A stretch of 54,041 bases of DNA, taken from the NCBI GenBank assembly GCA_046484055.1, contig JAWOBY010000021.1, positions 1 to 54,041 on the forward strand, read 5' to 3'. A program made the translations under genes and the position numbers. The notes beneath the pieces were generated by a model that saw only the letters and a list, made by a program, of their open reading frames with translations, did no database searches and was not told where the DNA came from. Positions 47,680-54,041 of the stretch are shown piece by piece (within the stretch, counting starts at the first letter, position 1; the number at the start of each line of letters is the position of its first letter). This DNA comes from Candidatus Woesearchaeota archaeon (GTDB taxonomy: Archaea > Nanobdellota > Nanobdellia > Woesearchaeales > UBA12501).

Positions 47680-48714
47680 ATGCCACAAAACAGCAGAGCA
47701 AGTAACGAACCCATAACAGCAAATGAACTGCAGGGGGTTATCCCTGCACTGGCAACACTGATGGACTATGAGGGCAATGTGGATCTTGAGAGACAGGGCA
47801 TGCTGGTCGATGACCTCGTAGAGCAGGAAGTGGATGCAATACTCGTGATGGGCACAACGGGACAGGCAGCCACATTCGATTATGACGAGCATATCGCCCA
47901 GGTTGTCCACACCCACCACATAATCGACGGAAGAGTGCCGATGATTGTTGGAGCGGGCACTAATGACACGAACAAGGCGGTTGAGCTGGCACAGAAGATA
48001 GAGAGGGCCATAGGCCCCACCACATTCCTGGAAGCCACAGGCTATTACCTGAAGCCGCCTGCAGAAGCAGCAGTGAGGCATTACGAGAGGATCGCTGACG
48101 CGATAGAGGGAAACATAGTGTTCTACAATGTGCCGGGAAGGACAGCCCTGAACCTCGAGGATGCTCCTGTCATATATCTCGCCAACACAAGACCTGACAA
48201 GTTCATAGGCCTGAAGCAGGCAGCGCCGGATGATGAATACACCCAGAATATAATCAACGAGACAAACCCCGAAAGGTTCTCTGTTGTGTCAGGAGAGGAT
48301 GACGGAGTCTACAAGACAATGAGCATGGGCGGCCGAGGTGTCATCTCCACGACAGCGAACGCATGCCCTCGCCTGTTCCAGAACATAACAGAAGCCATGC
48401 TGGCAGGAAACCATGAAGAGGGGCGCATGAGGCAGGAGGAAGCTATGCCTTTTGTGAGCTACGCATTCGGAAAGCCGGGCAACAATCCCATAAACCTGGC
48501 CTACCTGTTCCGGTCAGGAGCGAGAGGCTGCAATGACACACTGGAGAGCATGGCGCTGAGAGCGGAAAACATAGCAGGAGTTACAGGAAGCGAGAAGTAC
48601 AGGGAAAGGGCAGAAGCATTCAGGAATCTCATGCAGGAAGGCGACAGGCTCGTGCAGGAATACGGACCAGGCACAACAGGTATGGACCTCCAGAAATACA
48701 GGAGGATGGCATGA
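47680..48714 (+). CDS. dapA: 4-hydroxy-tetrahydrodipicolinate synthase
   Basis: GVIPAL.T, GTTGQ, GAGTN, YY, YNVPGRT, Schiff-base IGLK, SGED. Confidence 0.88.
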   Translation: MPQNSRASNEPITANELQGVIPALATLMDYEGNVDLERQGMLVDDLVEQEVDAILVMGTTGQAATFDYDEHIAQVVHTHHIIDGRVPMIVGAGTNDTNKAVELAQKIERAIGPTTFLEATGYYLKPPAEAAVRHYERIADAIEGNIVFYNVPGRTALNLEDAPVIYLANTRPDKFIGLKQAAPDDEYTQNIINETNPERFSVVSGEDDGVYKTMSMGGRGVISTTANACPRLFQNITEAMLAGNHEEGRMRQEEAMPFVSYAFGKPGNNPINLAYLFRSGARGCNDTLESMALRAENIAGVTGSEKYRERAEAFRNLMQEGDRLVQEYGPGTTGMDLQKYRRMA

Positions 48715-48821
48715 CCCCTCATGATCCCCTTGGGGTTTATGTCACAATCAGTGTTGTTACACACATAAATACCCTTGAAGTAGAATGAATATCCCAAACA
48801 GGATAAGCAGAAGGTGGAATC

Positions 48822-49232
48822 ATGACAGGAATAGAATTCATACTGGACGGAGAACAGGATGAGATAAGCAGGCATGCTGCCGAAGTGGTCGCCGGCCTTG
48901 CAGGAATAAAGCCGGAGACAGCAAGAAAAGGGATAAGCAGGGATCTCGGCTGCAGGGACATATACAGGAAGCGCACAAATGACTGCCTCTTGATAGAAGT
49001 CCAGCTCTATGAGGGATGCAATCTCTACGGGCTCATGGTATCCAGGAACGGAGACACATACAGCAGCGGGAATTGCAGCAGAGACAGGAGGGAAGGAAAC
49101 CCTATTCCTGATGCCGGCTCTGATGCCGATAATGGCTATGTGGCCCATGCGCAAAGGCTGGCTGACAACCACCTCAGAGAATATATGGTAGAGAACCCTA
49201 TATCCGGAACAGGCAGACAGCAGGATGGCTGA
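48822..49232 (+). CDS. Hypothetical protein
   Basis: SD AAGGTGG; genome-typical codons; lies between dapA and lysS. Confidence 0.6.
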   Translation: MTGIEFILDGEQDEISRHAAEVVAGLAGIKPETARKGISRDLGCRDIYRKRTNDCLLIEVQLYEGCNLYGLMVSRNGDTYSSGNCSRDRREGNPIPDAGSDADNGYVAHAQRLADNHLREYMVENPISGTGRQQDG

Positions 49233-49301
49233 AGAGAGAGTTGAAAGGGAGAACTTAGGCCCACAAAAACCTTTAAAAAGCCCTGACTCATCTTTCATGC
49301 C

Positions 49302-50933
49302 ATGAAGGAAAGCAAGAGTGACAATGGCAGGGAAAAACAGGAACAATCCCTTTTCTGGGCAGACCAGATCGCAGATGAGGTCATTGAAAAGTTCAGCAAG
49401 ACCATTGGAAAGAACGAGCCTTTCACTGTAAAGACCTCAGCCTCTTTGTCAGGAGTTCTGCACATAGGCCGCCTTTCTGACACGATAAGGTCAGCATCTG
49501 TCCACAAGGCATTGCTTGATGCGGGAGTGAAGTCAAGGCTCATCTGGGTTTCTGAGGACATGGACCCTTTGAGGAAGGTGCCTGAGGGAGTGCCGAAGAA
49601 TTATTCTGAATACCTTGGGATGCCTGTGACTGACATACCTGACCCTGACGGGTGCCACAAGAGCTACGGGGAGCATCACAGGCAGGAATACCTCAAAGTG
49701 ATTGACCGGTTCGTCGATGTTGATATGGAAAAGTTCTCAATGAGGGAGGAGTACAAAAAAGGCAGCTTCAGGGAGCAGATAAAAAAGATAATGGATAATG
49801 CAGAAGATGTCAGGAACATACTCATGAAGTACCGCGACTCAGAGCTTCCAAAAGGCTGGAGCCCTTTCACTCCAATATGCGGGAAGTGCGGGAAGATCGC
49901 CACTCCGAGGGTGACGAGCTTTGAAGAAGGAAAAGTACATTATGTATGCCAGGATTATAAGTTTGAGAAGACAACAGCAGAAGGCTGCGGCCATGAGGGC
50001 GTAGCAGACCCGCTTAAGGATGCTGGAAAGCTCATGTGGAAGTCAGAGTGGGCCAGCCAGTGGGATCATTGGAAGGTCACCTCAGAGGGAGCGGGAAAGG
50101 AGTATCAGGTCCCCAATTCAGCATTCTGGGTCAATGCAGAGATATGCGATAAAGTGCTCGGCTTCCCCCGCCCAATACCCATCTTCTACGAGCACCTGAT
50201 GATCGACGGGAAGAAGATGTCGGCATCAGAGGGCAATGTGATATATCCGAAGGACTGGCTTGAGGTCGCCAATCCTGAGCTTTTGAGGCTGTTCTATAAC
50301 AAGCGCCTGATGAAGACAAGAAGCTTCTCATGGACAGACCTGCCAAAGCTGTATGATGAGTATGATTATCTTGCGGATAAGTTCGCAGGAGAGAAAAACA
50401 CTGAAAACATAAGAAAAGATGAACACACGCACAGGCTGTTTGACATCAGTCACGGCAGAGAGGCAGGAAAGCCCCTGAAGATGAGATTCAGCCACGCAGT
50501 TCTTGTCTCGCAGCTCTTTGAGAAAGAGGAGGACATGATTAACGCGCTGAAAAAGACAGGCCACTGGGAGGAAGGTAAGAAAGAGGAGATTCTTGAAAGG
50601 CTCGGAAAAGCCAATAAATGGCTGAAGAAATACGCCCCTCCTGAAGCGAAGTTCGAACTTCAGACAGAGGTTGATGAGGAGACAAGAAAACAGCTTGATG
50701 AGAATCAGAGGAAGGCCCTTAAGCTTGCCGCAGAAAAAGCCAGGGAGAAAGGATATACTGAAGAGGAGCTCCACAATGAGTTCTACAGCATATGCAAGGG
50801 CCTTGACCTTCCCATAAAGGATTTCTTCAGGGCAGCGTACATGGTTCTGCTGAAGAGGGAGAGGGGCCCAAAGCTGGCAGGATTCGTCCTCACGCTGGGA
50901 GAGAGGGCATTGAAGCTGTTTGATGAGGTGTGA
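49302..50933 (+). CDS. lysS: Class I lysyl-tRNA synthetase
   Basis: FWAD, SG..HIG, DPLRKVP, CGKCG, KLMWK..W, EGAGKE, KMSASEG, RGPKL. Confidence 0.96.
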   Translation: MKESKSDNGREKQEQSLFWADQIADEVIEKFSKTIGKNEPFTVKTSASLSGVLHIGRLSDTIRSASVHKALLDAGVKSRLIWVSEDMDPLRKVPEGVPKNYSEYLGMPVTDIPDPDGCHKSYGEHHRQEYLKVIDRFVDVDMEKFSMREEYKKGSFREQIKKIMDNAEDVRNILMKYRDSELPKGWSPFTPICGKCGKIATPRVTSFEEGKVHYVCQDYKFEKTTAEGCGHEGVADPLKDAGKLMWKSEWASQWDHWKVTSEGAGKEYQVPNSAFWVNAEICDKVLGFPRPIPIFYEHLMIDGKKMSASEGNVIYPKDWLEVANPELLRLFYNKRLMKTRSFSWTDLPKLYDEYDYLADKFAGEKNTENIRKDEHTHRLFDISHGREAGKPLKMRFSHAVLVSQLFEKEEDMINALKKTGHWEEGKKEEILERLGKANKWLKKYAPPEAKFELQTEVDEETRKQLDENQRKALKLAAEKAREKGYTEEELHNEFYSICKGLDLPIKDFFRAAYMVLLKRERGPKLAGFVLTLGERALKLFDEV

Positions 50934-50958
50934 TAAATTTTATGAGGTATGGACAAGA

Positions 50959-51387
50959 ATGAAAAAGATATTCTTCGCCTGCTCGATGAGAGGGGGCCAC
51001 AAAAAAACGAGTACCGAAGAGTTGAGGCAGATAGTGGATGTCATGGAGAGCTCAGGGTTTGAGCTGGTATCAAAGCATCAGGTAGACAAGAAGACTATTG
51101 AGAATGAGAGATCCCTGTCGCTGAGAGAGATATATGAGGGGGATATTGGATGGCTAAAGGAAGCTGATTTTGTTGTCGCAGAGATAAGCAATCCCAGCCT
51201 CGGCGTTGGGGCAGAGGTCGCTGAAGCGGTCCATTTGGGGAAGCCAGTCCTATGCATCTATAAGAAAGGCATAGGCAGGAGCGTGTCCGCTTTCCTTAGG
51301 GGCAAGCCGGGAGTGCAGTGCGCTGAGTACGGCTCATTGGGGGAGTTCAGGGCGATCCTGTTTGACTTTGCTGAGAAGAAGAAATAA
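50959..51387 (+). CDS. Nucleoside 2-deoxyribosyltransferase / dNMP N-glycosidase (DNPH1/Rcl) family
   Basis: KIFFACSMRGG, IYEGD..WL, ADFVVAE, PSLGVG.E; start 50959. Confidence 0.88.
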   Translation: MKKIFFACSMRGGHKKTSTEELRQIVDVMESSGFELVSKHQVDKKTIENERSLSLREIYEGDIGWLKEADFVVAEISNPSLGVGAEVAEAVHLGKPVLCIYKKGIGRSVSAFLRGKPGVQCAEYGSLGEFRAILFDFAEKKK

Positions 51388-51412
51388 TGCTCGTTAAGTA
51401 TGGGCGGCAAAG

Positions 51413-52429
51413 CTATCTTTCCGCTTTCTGCATTCTTTCTGAAGCATAAGCTTTCACTTTATCAACCATCGGGTCAAGCTCCTGCGTCAGTATAGGCTGG
51501 ATGGGGCATGGATCCTTCGACCTTAGTACCTCATAAAGCGCAATGTGATCGCCTGCCATGCTGGAGCTTCCGGTGTTCATGTACTCCACAGCCATCCTGA
51601 CCCCTATGACAGCATTCGCAGCCCTGCTGCCCGCCTTGTGCATATTAAACGAGGCCTGCCTGTAGAAATCAAGAGCATTGTCCGGATTGCCCTTTCTTGA
51701 GAATATCCTTCCAAGAGTGTGGTATGCATCACCCAGATCATGATGCAGCTTCCTGAGAGCATCATCAGATTTTTCGTTTTCAGTTTCTTCTTTTCCAGAT
51801 TTTTCGTTTCCGGTTTCTTTGTTTTCAGATTCCCTGTCCTGAATAATCTCATCGTATATCCTTATTGCTTTGTGGCAGTTCCCGAGACCGATGCCGAAGC
51901 CCGCAAAAGGCATGTGAAGTGTAAGCGATTCCGCGTAAAGGCAGTGCGCTCTCGCGGTCTTCATCTGATCTCCAATGTCATGATAAAGCTGCAGTGCTGA
52001 TTCGTGGTCATTTGCAGCCTGCTCATAATCGCGTGTATACTGCTGGTGCATAATGCCCCTGAACTCAAAAGCTTTGGCCTTTCTTCTCTTGTCATCCCCC
52101 GCGAGCTGTATAGCGCTGGTGAAATACTTTGCGGCCTCATCAATGCTCTCCCCGCTGCCTTCTATCCTCCTTATATCTCCCATATTGGTGCAGAAGTCTG
52201 ACATGAAATGCCTGGCATCATAACCCCCCTCTTTAAGGTCCGCCCTGTAGAGCAACGCTATGCTCACTGCCCGTCTGTACATATCCTCAGCATGATCAGA
52301 CCTGCCCTGCATTCTCGCGCCTATTCCTTCCTGATTGCTCCTATCTATCTCTTCAAGGATCTCTTCAACGCCTGAAAGGCCTGGAGCATCTGCCAGTTCT
52401 GCCAGTCTTGTGTGTGTCCCGTCGTGCAT
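51413..52429 (-). CDS. Tetratricopeptide-repeat protein
   Basis: Repeated helical pairs (NMGDI...EAAKYF; DAYHTLGRIF..KGNPDNALDFY); charged repeat insert. Confidence 0.75.
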   Translation of the reverse strand: MHDGTHTRLAELADAPGLSGVEEILEEIDRSNQEGIGARMQGRSDHAEDMYRRAVSIALLYRADLKEGGYDARHFMSDFCTNMGDIRRIEGSGESIDEAAKYFTSAIQLAGDDKRRKAKAFEFRGIMHQQYTRDYEQAANDHESALQLYHDIGDQMKTARAHCLYAESLTLHMPFAGFGIGLGNCHKAIRIYDEIIQDRESENKETGNEKSGKEETENEKSDDALRKLHHDLGDAYHTLGRIFSRKGNPDNALDFYRQASFNMHKAGSRAANAVIGVRMAVEYMNTGSSSMAGDHIALYEVLRSKDPCPIQPILTQELDPMVDKVKAYASERMQKAER

Positions 52430-52688
52430 TTTACCACATTTGATATATTATTGCCTGCCCATTACAGCATGCCCAATATTTTTGGTGTGAATCCATCATA
52501 ACCTTTCACAGCCTTAATACTTCAAAGAACCTCTTTTTTTGTCAATAGAACAAGCAGGTATTTAAATATTACCCTTTTCGGCAGGCCCACAGGCAATTCT
52601 CCGCAGCATCCGCACAGGAACAGAATCCGCGTAGGAAGCTCCTCCCTGAAACGTTAATTTTATAAACCATCATCTTTTTAATCAGGCC

Positions 52689-53072
52689 ATGATAAGCTTC
52701 AGCAGGAGGGATATAGTAGTGGAGTACAAGGACAGGACAGTGATAGGTCTGACCGAGCCCATAAAGCTGTTATCCAAGAAGGGGAAGAGCAAGGAGGTTA
52801 CAGCAAGGATAGATACGGGCGCGACAAGAAGCTCTCTTGACATAAACATGGTCGCAGAGCTCCAGCTCGGCCCTGTGCTGAAGTCAAAGCTTGTCAAATC
52901 CGCATCAGGCAATACAGTGAGGCCAATCATAAAGACCGACATGCTCATATCGAACAAGAGAGTGACAGCAGAATTCACACTTGCTGACAGGGAGCACATG
53001 AAATACAAGGCGCTCATAGGCCAGGATGTGCTCAAGAGCAACAGGTTTTTGATAGACCCGACCAAGAGATAG
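52689..53072 (+). CDS. RimK-associated retropepsin-like (ATP-dependent Zn protease family) protein
   Basis: IGLTE, ARIDTGA..SSL, EFTLADR.HMKY..LIG. Confidence 0.88.
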   Translation: MISFSRRDIVVEYKDRTVIGLTEPIKLLSKKGKSKEVTARIDTGATRSSLDINMVAELQLGPVLKSKLVKSASGNTVRPIIKTDMLISNKRVTAEFTLADREHMKYKALIGQDVLKSNRFLIDPTKR

Positions 53073-53161
53073 TCAATTAATTATAAATATGAATGATGGA
53101 TACGGGTACAGCCCTGCATCACATTAATAAGCAGGAAGCGAATGGGGGGACAGGATACCAT

Positions 53162-54041
53162 ATGAAAGCAGCGATAATATCATTGGGGGCCACTTCCTCA
53201 AAATGGGTGGCTGAGGAGATGAGAAAGCTCTTTGAGAAGGTTGATGAGCTCGATCTGAAGAAGGTAGAGGCCAACTTCGGCCCTAAAGGGATAGAGATCA
53301 TGTATGACGGCAAGCCGATAGGGGAGTATGACTGCATATACCCCAAGGGCTCTTTCAGGTATTCCCCTCTCTTGAGATCCATAGCGACTGCACTGCACGG
53401 GAAGTCCTATATGCCCCTTGATCCTCCCGTCTTCACGAGGGGCCAGGACAAATTGATAACGCAGCTCGTGCTTCAGGAAAGCAATGTGCCAATGCCCTCA
53501 ACCTACCTTGCGGCGACTGTTGAGGCAGCGAAGCACATACTTGAGCAGGTCAATTATCCGATAGTCATGAAGTTCCCGCAGGGTACGCAGGGCAAGGGAG
53601 TCATGTTCGCGGATTCGTTCTCTTCAGCATCATCCATGCTTGATGCTCTGTCCGCTCTGAAACAGCCCTTTCTCATACAGGAGTATGTGGAGACAGACAA
53701 TGTTGACATAAGGTGCATAGTCGTGGGCAAAAAGGTCGTGGCCGCGATGAAAAGATACGCGGTCGGGGGCGAGAAAAGAGCGAACATCCATGCGGGCGGA
53801 AAAGGTGAGGCATTCGAGCCGGACAACCTCATGAAGAATATCGCGGTAAAGGCTGCGGAGGCTATAGGCGCGGAGATATGCGGTGTTGACATGCTGGAAA
53901 GCGCAAAAGGCCCGATGGTCATAGAGGTCAATCTCAGCCCGGGACTGCAGGGGATAACAGAGGCCACAAAAGTCAATGTCGCTGAGAAGATAGCGAAACA
54001 TATCTATAATAAATCCAAGGAATTCACCTCAAAAGAGAAGG
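53162..54041 (+). CDS. rimK: RimK-family ATP-grasp alpha-L-glutamate ligase (runs off window end)
   Basis: Own translation from ATG 53162: MKAAIISLG...DKL...YPIVMKFPQGTQGKGV...IQEYV...DIR...RANIHAGG...GVDMLES..GP.VIEVNLSPG. Confidence 0.9.
   Translation, partial: MKAAIISLGATSSKWVAEEMRKLFEKVDELDLKKVEANFGPKGIEIMYDGKPIGEYDCIYPKGSFRYSPLLRSIATALHGKSYMPLDPPVFTRGQDKLITQLVLQESNVPMPSTYLAATVEAAKHILEQVNYPIVMKFPQGTQGKGVMFADSFSSASSMLDALSALKQPFLIQEYVETDNVDIRCIVVGKKVVAAMKRYAVGGEKRANIHAGGKGEAFEPDNLMKNIAVKAAEAIGAEICGVDMLESAKGPMVIEVNLSPGLQGITEATKVNVAEKIAKHIYNKSKEFTSKEK

Overview
Archaeal chromosomal window, most consistent with a DPANN (Woesearchaeota-like) genome. The evidence is TATA/BRE promoters, class I LysRS, Pth2, a CTP-dependent riboflavin kinase, an A/V-type ATP synthase, class III signal-peptide pilins and a BHB-intron tRNA, alongside bacterial-type genes (lgt, HU, DAP pathway). 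The taxonomy is inference. Contents: a pilin; a lipobox protein with Lgt; SMC interrupted at its Walker A motif by a 550-aa LAGLIDADG intein; rubrerythrin and SOD; a phosphatase pair; a PIG-L/TIM-barrel/GT4 operon; tRNA-Gly(UCC) with two introns (37/38 and 59/60); a DHH nuclease; a complete atpHIKECFABD operon ending in a beta-carbonic anhydrase; PhoU/AbrB; a Na+-type membrane PPase; Pth2; HU; a degenerate double-HIT protein; a helical-repeat AAA ATPase; RbkR; a lysine (DAP/DapL) cluster beside lysS; and a RimK pair. The most striking unexplained structure is a dispersed family of modular, nested (Russian-doll) palindromic intergenic elements at four loci. They share hairpin modules, have cGNAg loops on either strand, and one module recurs inside the tRNA T-loop intron. 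There is also pervasive tandem micro-duplication at gene starts and stops.
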